Part shown: in pieces, positions 24,509 to 39,849 of the stretch
Numbering within the stretch: the first letter of the stretch is position 1
Layout of the letters: the number at the start of each line of letters is the position of its first letter
Translations under genes and position numbers: made by a program
The notes under the pieces: generated by a model
Database searches by the model: none
What the model saw: the letters and a program-made list of their open reading frames with translations, nothing else
What the model was told of the DNA's origin: nothing
Source of the DNA: Eledone cirrhosa
Taxonomy: Eukaryota
DNA: 64,000 nucleotides
Direction of reading: 5' to 3'
NCBI GenBank assembly: GCA_964016885.1
Contig: OZ024740.1
Coordinates: forward strand, 310,558,001-310,622,000

Positions 24509-26690
24509 GACATACATACATACATACACGCATACGTACATACATAGATACAAACATATATACATACACGCATACGTACATACATAGATACAAACATATA
24601 TACATACACGCATACGTACATACATAGATACAAACATATATACATACACGCATACGTACATACATAGATACAAACATATATACATACATGCATACGTACA
24701 TACATACATACAAACATATATACATACACGCATACGTACATACATAGATAGAAACATATATACATACACGCATACATACATACATAGATAGAAACATATA
24801 TACATACACGCATACGTACATACATAGATAGAAACATATATACATACACGCATACATACATACATAGATACAAACATATATACATACACGCATACGTACA
24901 TACATATATACAAACATATATACATACACGCATACGTACATACATAGATACAAACATATATACATACACGCATACGTACATACATAGATAGAAACATATA
25001 TACATACACGCATACGTACATACATAGATACAAACATATATACATACACGCATACGTACATACATAGATACAAACATATATACATACACGCATACATACA
25101 TACATAGATACAAACATATATACATACACGCATACGTACATACATAGATAGAAACATATATACATACACGCATACGTACATACATAGATAGAAACATATA
25201 TACATACACGCATACATACATACATAGATACAAACATATATACATACACGCATACGTACATGCATAGATAGAAACATATATACTTACACGCATACGTACA
25301 TACATAGATACAAACATATATACATACACGCATACGTACATACATAGATACAAACATATATACATACACGCATACGTACATACATAGATAGAAACATATA
25401 TACATACAAGCATACGTACATACATAGATACAAACATATATACATACACGCATACGTACATACATAGATAGAAACATATATACATACACGCATACGTACA
25501 TACATAGATAGAAACATATATACATACACGCATACGTACATACATAGATAGAAACATATATACATACAGGACATACATACATACATAGATACAAACATAT
25601 ATACATACACGCATACGTACATACATAGATACAAACATATATACATACACGCATACGTACATACATAGATAGAAACATATGTACATACACGCATACGTAC
25701 ATACATAGATAGAAACATATATACATACACGCATACGTACATACATACATACAAACATATATACATACACGCATACGTACATACATAGATACAAACATAT
25801 ATACATACACGCATACGTACATACATAGATACAAACATATATACATACACGCATACGTACATACATAGATACAAACATATATACATACACGCATACGTAC
25901 ATATATAGATACAAACATATATACATACACGCATACGTACATACATAGATAGAAACATATATACATACACGCATACGTACATACATAGATAGAAACATAT
26001 ATACATACACGCATACGTACATACATAGATAGAACATATATACATACACGCATACGTACATACATAGATACAAACATATATACATACACGCATACGTACA
26101 TACATAGATACAAACATATATACATACACGCATACGTACATACATAGATACAAACATATATACATACACGCATACGTACATACATAGATACAAACATATA
26201 TACATACACGCATACGTACATACATAGATACAAACATATATACATACACGCATACGTACATACATAGATACAAACATATATACATACACGCATACGTACA
26301 TACATAGATACAAACATATATACATACACGCATACGTACATACATAGATACAAACATATATACATACACGCATACGTACATACATAGATACAAACATATA
26401 TACATACACGCATACGTACATACATAGATAGAAACATATATACATACACGCATACGTACATACATAGATTCAAACATATATACATACACGCATACGTACA
26501 TACATAGATAGAAACATATATACATACACGCATACGTACATACATAGATAGAAACATATATACATACACGCATACGTACATACATAGATACAAACATATA
26601 TACATACACGCATACGTACATACATAGATACAAACATATATACATACACGCATACGTACATACATAGATAGAAACATACATGCATACGTA
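24509..26690. repeat. 40-bp minisatellite, ~54 units (catacatagata[c/g]aaacatatatacatacacgcatacgta)
   Basis: Strict 40-nt periodicity visible in the line layout. Confidence 0.97.
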
Positions 26691-27035
26691 CATGCATATA
26701 TACCTGCTTGCATACCTACAGCAAAGCATACGTTCTTGCACACCTATATACATATACGCACAGATACATGAATATATATGTAAATATGTGTATATATATA
26801 TGAATATGTTTGTGTATATATGTGAATATTTGTGTATGTTGGTGTATGTGTGTCATTTAACTATAAAAAATATTGATTAATCGATATATATTTAGGTATA
26901 CTTATGAGTATAAGTGAGAATGTAAGTAATTCTACAGTCATTTGTATCTCTCATCCTCTTTCTCTCACTCTCCTTTTCTCGTTATACCTTTCTCTCTTTC
27001 TGATTTTCCCTATATATCATTCTCTATCTCCACCC

Positions 27036-27078
<43 letters not shown>

Positions 27079-27145
27079 TAAGTATGTATATTTAAGTAAC
27101 AGCCGTACTAAGAGTGGGAAATGAAATTTCGTTTCATTTTTTCCG

Positions 27146-27176
27146 TTTATATATATATACATCTACATATATATAT

Positions 27177-27235
<59 letters not shown>

Positions 27236-27262
27236 CATGTATATATATATATATATTTATAT

Positions 27263-27302
<40 letters not shown>

Positions 27303-27384
27303 ATACATGTATATATATTTATATATACATACATATATATATATATATATGTATGTATATATATACATGTGTATATATATATAC

Positions 27385-27435
<51 letters not shown>

Positions 27436-27436
27436 C

Positions 27437-27488
<52 letters not shown>

Positions 27489-27580
27489 GTATTTATATAT
27501 TTACACATACTTGTATGTATATATGCATGTATATATCTGCGGGTGTGTGGGGATATGTGTGTGTGTGTGTGTGTGTGTGT
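27146..27580. repeat. Degenerate (TA)n/(TG)n array
   Basis: Directly visible. Confidence 0.92.
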
Positions 27581-27644
27581 GCGAGAGAGGGAGAGAGAAA
27601 GAAAGAGAGTGAGACAGAGAGAACATTTTGATATGAATGCTGAT

Positions 27645-27813
27645 GCAGTGTTGGTCGGACGCCATGCTTCCAGCATAGTTACGTCCCTTTACGATCTGAG
27701 TTCAAATCCCGCCGAGGTTGACTTTGCCCTTCATCCTTACGGGGTCGATAAAATAAAGTACCAGTAATGCACTGGGTAATTGCTGGCCTTGTGCCTAAAG
27801 TAGAAACAATTAT
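27645..27813 (+). mobile_element. SINE, slightly 5'-truncated
   Basis: B box gagttcaaatccc and canonical tail. Confidence 0.9.
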
Positions 27814-28007
27814 CGCTAATAACACAGAAACTGGCCATTTTCATGTTATTGAATATCGCGAAAAATCAATAAAAGATATATATATGGTTTACAAAATACA
27901 TTGCGTAGCCACATGCCTGCATGGGATATAAATGCACAAATGTTGATGCATACATACATATATGTGTGTATTTGTGTGAGCGTGTGAACCTGCCTCTCTG
28001 TCTGCCT

Positions 28008-28032
28008 GTATGTATATATGTATATATGAATG

Positions 28033-28068
<36 letters not shown>

Positions 28069-28165
28069 TGTATGTATATATATATATATATATATGAATG
28101 TATGTATATATATATATATATATATATATGAATGTATGTATATATATATATATATATATATATGA

Positions 28166-28199
<34 letters not shown>

Positions 28200-28204
28200 G
28201 AATG

Positions 28205-28242
<38 letters not shown>

Positions 28243-28276
28243 TGTATGTATATATATATATATATATATATGAATG

Positions 28277-28307
<31 letters not shown>

Positions 28308-28312
28308 GAATG

Positions 28313-28358
<46 letters not shown>

Positions 28359-28391
28359 TGTATGTATATATATATATATATATATATATGA

Positions 28392-28432
<41 letters not shown>

Positions 28433-28463
28433 TGTATATATATATATATATATATATATATGA

Positions 28464-28500
<37 letters not shown>

Positions 28501-28602
28501 TGTATGTATATATATATATATATATATATGAATGTATGTATATATATATATATATATATATATGAATGTATGTATATATATATATATATATATATATGAA
28601 TG

Positions 28603-28638
<36 letters not shown>

Positions 28639-28706
28639 TGTATGTATATATATATATATATATATATATGAATGTATGTATATATATATATATATATATA
28701 TGAATG

Positions 28707-28762
<56 letters not shown>

Positions 28763-28779
28763 CATATATACATATATAC

Positions 28780-28812
<33 letters not shown>

Positions 28813-28861
28813 CATATATTTATATACATATATACATATATATATATATACATATATTTAT

Positions 28862-28905
<44 letters not shown>

Positions 28906-28907
28906 AC

Positions 28908-28965
<58 letters not shown>
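28008..28965. repeat. Compound satellite [gaatgtatg(TA)n], then TA/CA and (GA)n
   Basis: More than 20 gaatgta(tg) anchors separated by variable TA runs. Confidence 0.93.
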
Positions 28966-28969
<4 letters not shown>

Positions 28970-29050
28970 ACGATATATGGGTAAATATTCTTATACATAT
29001 TTGTAATTGCATATCTCGAAAAAATAAGTGATATACATGTGAATGCTCGA

Positions 29051-29188
<138 letters not shown>

Positions 29189-29394
29189 TTTTTCTCGCGA
29201 GTGCGTTCTATCGTTATTACGGCCCCCGCGCCTGAATTACCGATTTACGAGTGGCTATCCTCAATTTGCAAAGCCCTTTAAACTGCATGTTTATTACTCT
29301 AAGGTTTTATACCTTATCGGGTGCTTCGCTGCACTTCTGAATCCATTCGTCGGCTTAGCTGCGGCTCGAGCATCGAATATGCTGTACTTCCATT

Positions 29395-29436
<42 letters not shown>

Positions 29437-29439
<3 letters not shown>

Positions 29440-29623
29440 TGAAATTCTGTTATAACGAAATCAATCGGATATAAAATAAATTCGTTATAACGAAACATTC
29501 TTTATAACGAGATCGACCGAAACAAATCGACCGTTTGTATGCCATTACCTCGGGGACTGAAAAAAATTTCGTTATACTGAAAAGTTAGTTATAATGGTAT
29601 TCGTTATAACGAAATTTTACCTG
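29437..29623. mobile_element. pogo/Tigger-type MITE
   Basis: Imperfect TIRs cagtgaaattctgttataacgaa / ttcgttataacgaaattttacctg, TA flanks, internal gttataacga repeats. Confidence 0.8.
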
Positions 29624-29633
29624 TATATATATA

Positions 29634-29758
29634 GAAGTGGTTACACAACAGTTAGTTCACCATATCGAGAACAATTGTTTCACAATTGTAACCACTTCTA
29701 CCTAACTCGTCCCAAGGACTGAGTACTCTACCACTACGGATATTACCTTCCAGTGTTC

Positions 29759-29763
<5 letters not shown>
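29634..29763. mobile_element. Internally inverted fragment of the HHR element at 46722-46870
   Basis: 29634-29684 matches 46788-46838 directly; 29687-29763 is the reverse complement of 46722-46800. Confidence 0.8.
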
Positions 29764-29804
<41 letters not shown>

Positions 29805-30369
29805 AGAGAGTATTGAAGTTTGCTTGAAGCATTGTGGAATAATAAAAATATATATATATGTGTGTGTGTATGTGTGTGTGTATGAATATGTGTATGTGTG
29901 TGTGAGTATTTCTGTTTCTCTACACATGTCTCTGTGTGATCGTGTGTGTCTCCGTGTGTTGCTGTGTGTATCTGTGTTTGTGCTACGCATATACTCACAG
30001 GTCTCGATTAATCGCCTCCTCTCCGCTTATAAAATTTTGCTAAGCTCTCCCCGGTCAAATTGTATTCCTGTGACAATTAATTTTCTTTATACATTAAAAA
30101 AAACATTAGACATGGTAAAAGAGAACAGTTCAGAAAACCACATACGTTATAAAATAAATAGAATACGTTGGAGTCTCAATATATAAGATAAACAAGTAAT
30201 TCTGTTTGTTTGTTTTTATTTTAAAGAAAGGATGATTAAAAATACAGCTTCCATAAAACAGCTAATCGGAATGGAGAATATCTGCATTAATTCATATCTA
30301 AAAACTGTTTCACCTCACTTAATACAAGATAACAAATGCGAATTGGCAAGAGGTAAACATTCACATACT

Positions 30370-32573
30370 CTGTTACAAAAGCACAATTAGACTACATATT
30401 CGTCAACAAAAATGGGTTAACTGTGCCATAAACTTCATAACATTTGAAATGTTTCATAATGTTTCTTCTGACTACAGGATAGTATCAGCTAAAATTCACC
30501 TCAAGCTAACATCAAATAAAAAGCCTGAAACCAAATGTAAATGCTACAACAGGTCATTTCTAGGAAATACTGATATGTACGATCAATTTGTAATTACATT
30601 AAGAAACAGATATGAAGCCCTACAAACTACTTATGAAACCATCTCTCCCAACGAGGAGTATGAAGATTTTGTTACTGCACACAAGGAAGCAACAGATGAG
30701 TTTATCCCACCGAAGTCAAAATGTAAACATAGAGATCCCTAGGAAACTGCAGCTGTTACAGAAAATAGAGAAACACTTAGAAAGACTTTTAAGCTCTAAA
30801 GAACAAACTATACAATATCAAACCTATAGATTTCTCGAAACCACAGAATGAATTAGCCATGGAATAGCAAAAAGAGCAAGATTTTTATAAAGAAGAACAA
30901 ATCGACAACATCAAAGTTTCTGTAAGAATAAACTATCATCAATGGCATGAAAAATTGTTAACGAAAAAATCAGAACAAAAGGCCTCCTCAAAATCCAAAC
31001 TGAAAGCAGCAAGTGAAGTTGAACGATTCAAACTGAGGTGAGATCATTTTAAAAACTGAAATTACTAACTTTAAATTTAGAAGGATTATTCAACCTCAAT
31101 TCAACATATAACTTAGTGAGTTTTCTATGAGTTAGTTGGAAGCAGTCATAAAATCGCTGAAGAACGGAAATGCAGCCTGTTTGGACGAAATCTCGCCTGA
31201 AGTTTTGAAGACATGGAGATTGAATGACATTTTTCTACGCAGTAATTATATCTGCCGCATAGAGAAATTAAGTAAAGGGTGCACCCTCCTGTTTCCAAAA
31301 GAAGGGAAATCTCGGTGCCGCCATAAACTATAAGGGGATTACTCTTACCGTCATAACTGCCAATGTCTACAGTGTCATTTTTACTTAAGCGTATCCGACC
31401 GGAAATATAAAAAAAGGTCTTCGGGAAGAACCAAAATGGCTTTCGAAGAAATAGATCAACATCCGGCCATATTCTTACAGTCCGAAGAGTTATTGAAGGA
31501 GTTCGCGCAAGGAACCTGAAAACAATCCTACTTTTTGTTGACTTGTCTAAGGTCTTTGTCTCGATGCAAGCGGGAACATGGAGGAAATACTTCTTGCATA
31601 CAGGATCCCAAATGAACTGCCAATGGCAACATAAAGTATAAACATACTCAAACAATAGTTCGTTCTCCAGTCGGCAACAAAGATTTCTTTGACATAGTGA
31701 CTGGTGTCCTCCAGGGAGACATGTTGGCACTTTATCTGTCCATATTATATTTATAATATGTTCTACGCACATATTTTGATGAGACAAAGGACGAATGGTT
31801 CATTCCTCAACCAGTCAGAGGCAGATATTTTCCAACTGCGATTATCACAGATGCTGACTATGCTGATGACTTGCCACTACAAGCAAATAAAGTGCTGCTA
31901 AAAGTGTTGGTCTCAATGTCAATATGGCAAGACAATATATGATGTACAACCAGAGTGGCAACATTACCTCCACACCTGGAAAATCATTAAAGTATATGTA
32001 CGAATTTACATATCTTGAAAGAAAAATTGCAAAGGAAGATCTATCTGCAAGTGATGTTCACGTCCGAATCGGCAGCTTTAATTAAATTATCAACGGTCAA
32101 GAAATTTAAGCGACGTTTGAATTTGAACCGTGATTTCTTTCAAGCTGTTGTGTGGTCAGTTCTGTTATCTTGGTATACAACACGGACTCTAACAAAGCAT
32201 CTTGAAAAGAAAATTGACGGAACCTATACAAGAGTGTTTAGATTTGCTCTGGACATCTCCTGAAGACAACACTCTACCAAAGAACTTCTCTTTGGAAATT
32301 TACCACCAATATATCACGTCATGAGAGAAAGAAAATCAAGATTATCTGGACATTACTGGGGAGCAAAGCATGAGATACTCAGCGACATTCTTCTATGGGA
32401 ACCGAAGCATGGATACGCACATTTTGGTAGCCCACATCGATCATTCATAAAGCAACAGTGTAAGGATTTTGAGTGCACCCAGAAAGACTACTACGAGCAA
32501 AGGCAGTCTAAACAGACTGTAGAGAATGGGACATGGTGATCCGCGCAATAAGCACGCCCAGATGATGATGATA
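30370..32573 (+). mobile_element. Old RTE-clade LINE (end of APE, RT, C-terminus), (GAT)n tail
   Basis: AQLDYIFVN, SSDYRIV, NQNGFRRNRST, GVLQGDML, TDADYADDL, LLWEPKHG; heavily frameshifted. Confidence 0.88.
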
Positions 32574-32755
32574 ATAATTGTTTCTACTTTTGGCACATGG
32601 CCAACAATTAACCAGTGCATTACTGGTACTTTATTTTATCGACCCCGTAAGGATGAAAGGCAAAGTTAACCTTGGCAGGATTTGAACTCAGACCATAAAG
32701 GGACGTAACTCTTTGCTGCAAAGCATGGCGTCCGACCCTCTACCGATACTGCCAA
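32572..32755 (-). mobile_element. SINE inserted in the RTE tail
   Basis: TSD atgatgatgata at 32562-32573 and 32756-32767. Confidence 0.9.
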
Positions 32756-35005
32756 ATGATGATGATATCTCTGATAGGTTGCTTCTACACATAGACATAC
32801 TTAGATCAAAGCTAACGTATAAAGCCGATTGGTAAATAATCGTTCACAAACACGTTAGAAATGAGTTCTTTCTGCTGTGTTTTTTTTACTAAACTACGGG
32901 CAGCAGTTTCTATGAACTAGTTACTCCACACCCGGTAATTCACCTACACACATTGTAAATGTGATTGATCTTCAAATTTGAATATCGATTTGACCTCCCC
33001 GTGATTATGTATTATGGTCATATTTGTACTCACCTAGATTTCAGGCAATTTAATTAAAAATATTGCTGAGTTAATAAACGTTAGGTGGCTTCTAAAAAAT
33101 CGTCTAGATTTCTGTATAATGTAACGTAAGATTGCACTTCAATGTAACATATATGCGATGACCTTTGATACAAGTTAACATAAGTCTCTTATTTTAAATA
33201 ATGTTTTCTGTATTTTACTGTAGACAAGAATCTACAAAGGGTTATTTGATGTTAAACTGATTGCCAGTTTTGTTTCTTTCTATTTTCCTTTACAGTTTTG
33301 AATTAGATAAATGAAAATTTGTGACATTCAGCTCAATATATTTCTCCTTCATTTACAAGTGAATCCATATATATTGCCACGATAACAACTTTAATTTCTA
33401 TAATGGGATTAAATTCGATTTTCTATGGAAAATACAATTCATTTTATCGAACCACTTAAACCTTTGATTTTATAAAAAAATCAAATACAAGTTAGATTTC
33501 TTCATTATGATGTTTAACTTCAGTTAATTTTGAATTGTTTGAAATGTATCAGAAAATCAACAATGGCTTCCTCAATTGTTTTGGAATTCATATTCGTTTG
33601 TAAGTTATCAACAATGTGTTCCATCTAAATCCTTTGATTGTTGTGTATAAACTAGTGCTATACAATATGAGGAGGTTATACACATTGTAATATAAAGCAT
33701 TTTCAGAATATATTTATATTCCTATATAATAGCTCTGTATAGCTTAATAAATCAAATATGACAATACGGTTACACAATTGATTTACAAACATGGTGCGCC
33801 TCACATTCATTGTCATGCTATCCCCGTTGCAATTTACAACGGTATACATAATATATACCAACAATGAACATTCCTTACATTGATTCTTCAGAAAGCCAAT
33901 ACTACAGATGAAGCTAATGACATGTTTTTATTCCCAATATATGAATCTCTTGGGAATAATGAATCATAGCGAATATATGTTTATTTGCTTTTTGGTTTTG
34001 TTTTGTTTTTAGATATCCTAATGAAAGAATGACATGGGTAACTGCAATCTTCTGACTTAGTGATTTTTTACTATATTTAAAACGGAAATATTGTTAGGCT
34101 GGATATACAGAACATTACACATAGATATCAGTACTCTTCTGAAAGGCAAAAATATGCTCAACAACAGATTATTTTAATTATATCTATAAACAAGATTTAA
34201 TTGTCACAGTTAATACCTGCAAATTCTGTCTTTAACCAATTTCAATTGGCAACGTCATACTATTGAGTTCTCCTTCACATCAACCACTTATAATTTATAT
34301 ATATATAAATATAAATTGTTTAGAGAATTTTACGTCCACATAAATTTATATTTTATTTTGTATCAATTACAATCAACTTCAATTTATAGCTGTAATTCAT
34401 TTACTCTAACTCACATTTAAGTGTGCAAGTAATGCATAGCTATCACAGCCTGTTCATATATCCTGTACTGGTTAATGGCTGTAATATTAATTAATAACGA
34501 TTTCTCAGATATTTAACAAATATATCCAATATTCTAGAATTTTCACGAACATCAAAGGTAATTACATATGCCGTCTGTCCAAGGATCTCATCTTTCAATA
34601 TATTCTGCATATACGCATACGCCGACTGTCACCCCCTTTCTTTCTCCCTTTTACACACACATCTAAACTGTTATTGGAGTGTGTTGCTGTTATTGGAGTT
34701 TATGCGGTCATATTACCTATTGGTGTTGTTGCTTTATATTATTGGTGCTGTCATTTTTGTAGTTGCTGTAATTAGTATTGTTCATGCGATCATCATCTCT
34801 ATTGGTGTCGGCTTTTTTCTGGTTGTTGTTGTACCTACTGTAGTTATTGTTGTTGGAGTTGCTGATGTAGCCGTAGTGATTGACGCTGTCCTAGGTGATG
34901 CAAGCGATGATTTAGTTGTAGTTCTACATCTGTGGCCGTATTCATGTAATAGCTTTGAGTGCTCAAAAGTGTGAAGCATCAGTAAGTTAATGTTACACAG
35001 AAATC

Positions 35006-35061
<56 letters not shown>

Positions 35062-35428
35062 ATGTATATGTATATATACATGTGTGCGTGAGTGTGTGTG
35101 TGTGTGTGCGAGTGTGGGTCTGCGTGTGCGCTTGTATGTCAATCGTAAATAAATGTTAATAAATTCCCAACACAATTGCATGCTATCTAAGCTTTCACAG
35201 CCTAGGCTAGAATCTTATGTGTTATTATTTCCAGTTTTCTGAGCTTTGAATTGAAACTGCACCGAGATCAAACTTACCTTTCATCTATTCGTGCTCTCTG
35301 AATAATGTACTAATATAGCACATTAGAAATTTGCGTTGGTTGAAGGAGAGGAATAAGCACCGCCAATGTTCAATGTCCATCACATATTACACCTCAAACT
35401 TTCATGATTGGTTAAAGAATCACAACTG

Positions 35429-35467
<39 letters not shown>

Positions 35468-35470
<3 letters not shown>

Positions 35471-35516
35471 TCTGGTGCGTTATGGTCCATCTGGTTCTTT
35501 ACCACACATCCTTCGA
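35468..35516 (+). mobile_element. Minimal 3'-terminal fragment of the 9909/47548 family inside (TA)n
   Basis: tactctggtgcgttatggtccatctggttctttaccacacatccttcg matches 47688-47735. Confidence 0.7.
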
Positions 35517-36552
35517 TATATATATATACATATGATTGTGTGTGTGCGTCAATGTGTGCATGCTTGTGCGTTCGTTTGTGCGTATTATTATTTTTTATGG
35601 AGAAATAGTGGATTGTTCAGCTATACGCAATTCCTTTTAATAACGATAGAGACCCACAGGTGTTATTATCCAAAGTTTAATACCATGTACATTAAACATA
35701 TTTCTATCTTATAATATTCATGCATATAAACGTAGATGAATACTTTAAAAGATCTCACAGACGTGTTCCTCTTATACAAAAACATAAGTAAATATTTTCT
35801 CATATTTCTTTTTTATTCTTGTAAATGCAATTTAACTTCAAAGAATACAAGTATTTAAAACTAATCCTTTCGTGTGAGTATTTGTGTCATTGATTCTCTA
35901 TTACTCACACGGAACAATAAATGTTGCTAAAGGCCACACTGTTACATTATACGATTAAATCTAAAATATAATTACATTTTAGTACACACTTTCCCTTAGG
36001 AGAATTCAATGTCTTTCAGATATCAAAAGCCTATACCATTAATTTTCTTTCTAGTTTGCCTGTTTTGGTAATGTAGTCTGTACTTTGGTTTTTCTTTCAT
36101 TGGGTTCTATCATTATTAAACTTCACAATCGTTTATGTGTGAGTTTATATTTGTGTTTCCGTAGGAGTAAACTGTCTGTCATATATATGGATGAACAAAT
36201 CAGTGACTGGAAGAGTGGAAATCAGACAGATTTAAATGCCCTCTATTATTTAATTCGATTCATTTGTTTGTGTTTCATGATGGAATTAATATTTAGTGTA
36301 CCCAGCGAGAGTGCATAAGCCCCCTATCACTTTGCAACACAACTCTATTATGCTAAAAGGATAGAATCGAAGATCACATGTAGCTATTGACAGTGATTTG
36401 GATGCATTAAAAATAGAGTCATTCTGATATATAAGTAAATGGTATGGAACCAGAAAGCGTTTCAGCATTATTTTATTAGTTAATCCTATATTTCATATGA
36501 AGTGATATTTTCAGTATATTATCTTATTTGATAAGTGATAAGATATCATGAT

Positions 36553-36764
36553 TTATAGTATAGGCACAATGCCAGTAATTTGGTGGGAGGGGAAGTCGAT
36601 TAAATAGATTCCAGAACGTGACTGGTACTTTATTTTATCGACTCCGTAAGGATGAAAACCAACGTTAACTTCGGCGGGTTTTGAACTCAGACCGTAAAGG
36701 GCTGTAATTCCGTGCTGAAAAGCATGGTGTCCGACTCTCTACCGATACTGCTAATCCACCGCCC
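36553..36764 (-). mobile_element. SINE (older subfamily, longer 3' part)
   Basis: Reverse-complement match to the family head and body. Confidence 0.88.
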
Positions 36765-39730
36765 TGATAAAGTGGTAACATATAATACTATGGGTTATAT
36801 GCAATATAAGTTTTCAATATAAGTTTTCAAAGGGATATGAATAGATTAATAAGAACTCATGCCTTCTACTTTTAATTTGTTTTAAGAAAGTGATAGAGGA
36901 AGATATTGGTAAGGGATTCTACATATGACATTGAGAGAAAGGCCATGAATATTGATTTTTCTTTTAATAACTGTGGAGTGCGGAAATTGTGGGAAATGGA
37001 TATTTGACAAAGATTACCGCAGTCCTTTTAATATTTTCTTTTGTTGTTTATAAAATTAATGATTAAAGGCCTTCTAGCTGTGTGAATTCCATCTTTTGAG
37101 AGGTTTTCTAGAAGTAAAAATCAATTTCCTAGAAAGTAACGTTTAATTTGGTGGAGAATTGCAGCTATTTATCGCATGTCTAGCAAACACGTGGAGGCTT
37201 ATCTATTGCATTTGTCAAACACTTACAGCGTTTAACCGTAAAGGCTTGCCTAATCAAGTGAGCACATAATGTTATTCATTCCAGGATGATAAATGCACCA
37301 CCGACGCATATGTTACTCATTATTGTTCAAGAGACAATATTCTATATTTTCTCAATATTCTTGTTAGAACTACATTATTACCAGGTATATATTCAAAATG
37401 ACTAATAAGTCCTAGATGGAATGTACATCATTTCAATTATTTAGCAAAATAGTCGTACATTTATAAAGCCTTTGAAATACGATTTCCTTTCGATTTTAAT
37501 TTACAGCAAATTTTCGACACTTTAGATATTTATTTGTAAATCAATGATCAGTAGAACGTTTGAATAATATCCTTGATAACGTATTGAACTACTTAATAAG
37601 CTTGACATCAATTATTGTTCGTTATTCACAAATTATTAAAATAGACTTCCAAAGAGAGGTGGACAATATAAATAATCGGATGTGAAGAAAGAAAATGTAA
37701 ATGATTTAAAACTTATTTGGAATACCTATTGTCAAATAATTTATACTATTCTAAAGAATGTACTAATCAGGGCATATGTTAATGACAGTCATAACACATT
37801 ACCATCAACTAGAATAATGGCATTCATTAAAATATAATTTTAAACTTAACTATTCAGATATCACTGAGTATTGGTTGAAAGCTATTAAGTTCCAGATGTC
37901 AGTCCATGAAATTTTCGATCACTTAAATAAAGAAATAATTCCATCGTAGCATCCATAATATAGTAGATAGATACCTAGAAAAATGCTGCATTATGGAGCA
38001 CGTTTCTCGGGTATAAAGTAAATATTTTGTAATTTAACATTAAGCCAACAAAATGCTTGGAAACTGTGTTGAAGCTCATCATTGAAACGTTCGTTCATTG
38101 GGTGGTAGAATTAATCATATGCCAGTTTAATAGCATCTATTAGTTCTAGTGCGTTTTGAAAGGACAAGCATTCGAGCCAGGTCTCTGGTCCGAGAATAAG
38201 TTCTAATTTTTTTTTCATCAAGCTCATCGAAAGCCCTAGAATACTATTTTTAGGATCACGGAGCTCATTTCTGCTCAACATAGCATCACCAAGCGTGTCA
38301 CAAATGCCGTCTTTCCACTTCAGAACCCAAAAATACTTTAGCAACAGGAAAAATATATTATCTCTAAAACTCTCAGGTCAGATCTACACTGTTTTACTGG
38401 GAGATTGCTATATACGCATTCGCGGGTCACCTGACTGACATTAAGCCCTTCACTATCACACTTAAATCTCTGGCACACGGTTCTGGTATTGTCTTGTGTC
38501 TCTCTAGCTTTTTTTAAAATACTGCTTCTTGGTGTATTCTGCTCTAGTGTCATATCTAAATGACCGGACACACAGATCTCACCTCCACTTTTTACATACA
38601 CCGTGCGTATTCCACAGGCTCTATACTAACCACCACAAACAGTTGTACTTCCCTAGAATGTTGGCCTTTTGAAGGTTTCTCTCTTCAAATGAGGATTTTC
38701 AACTAGTAACAAGAAATTTTGGTCAGATCAATTTCAGTGGTCTTGAAAAACCTACAATTACCATGAATCAGCCCATACCGCTAGGCCAAATCTTATACAA
38801 TACACTGATATGTCTTCTCTGATTGAGCTATCGATAACATATATTACAAACAGAATTAATTGTATGGATACTCATATTGATTAATTTGAGAAAGATGTAA
38901 AATATTCAGTTTCAATTCAGTCCAAAGACGTATCAGCAATTTCATCGGAGTTGTACAAAGGTGCCTGCTTTTGGTCTTTATTTTCATTCAGTATTGCGAC
39001 TATATATTATTTTGGCGTCAGATGTGTATTATTTACGTAATATATTATTTACGCAACGCTCCAATATATTTAAATGATATTTGCTTATCAGACGACACAA
39101 CAATATGTCATTATTTTTTAATGACTACTTCTTCATTCTGCAATATTATAATTCTCCTAACGTTTGGTTTTAATCAAATCGTTTATCCGAAGAGACAAGG
39201 TAAACTATACACGTATGAATTAAATAAGTCTTGAAAAATAATATATTTCTTGATTACCTGAAAAAGAAATATCCTAATTCATCTAAAACCAGTTTCATTC
39301 CTATTGACATTTTTAATAATTCAATCTTTTACTGTAACATTTTACATCAATATTATCTTTTCGAAATTCGCCTCCAAAGAATAGGCATTAAAATCCTTTA
39401 TGGCATTCTGTGGGTTATCATTTAAATAAGCAGTGGATTTATCACTTCTATTCTTATTTCAAATAAACACAAATAACATTGTGAAAGAGATGATATTTAA
39501 AACGAGCTTATTAAATTGTTCATTTTTTACTTTAGTTTTGTATTTTCTTATTTTATAAGAAGATATGCCAAAGACTTAATGAACCTCTATTTCCCTTTCT
39601 GTTTAACTGCAATATCATCCACTTCAAATATCTTGTCAGCAGTTCTTAAATTATATGACAATTGAATCGATATTATTATTATTTTCTAACTTACGCACAT
39701 ATTCTTCTAATTGCCATTATTTATACTCTC

Positions 39731-39849
39731 ATAGAGTTACCGCCCTTGCCATTCTGAGTTCAAATCCCGCCTTACAGGGTCGATAAAATAAAGTACCAGT
39801 AATGCACTGATTAATTGCTGGCCTTGTGCCAAAAAGTAGAAACAATTAT
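39731..39849 (+). mobile_element. 5'-truncated, internally deleted SINE with 17-bp TSD
   Basis: TSD attatttatactctcat at 39716-39732 and 39845-39861. Confidence 0.9.

Noticed and set aside
24440-26753. Long ORFs of 271-767 aa (MYVC-type repeats)
   Set aside because: Translation of the 40-bp minisatellite, which lacks stops on that strand; open in several frames at once
24509-28710. CRISPR-like appearance of the regular repeats
   Set aside because: No unique spacers, no cas genes, eukaryotic context
34013-34037. Possible micro-exon (polypyrimidine-AG ... GTAACT)
   Set aside because: Only 25 nt, no recognisable peptide or partner exons; cannot be supported without RNA-seq
34681-34974. Hydrophobic 97-aa ORF resembling a membrane protein
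   Set aside because: Degenerate (GTT/GCT)n simple sequence; no splice or homology support
38111-38601. Two adjacent minus-strand ORFs in a slightly GC-richer patch
   Set aside because: No recognisable domain or splice signals; possibly an old TE relic
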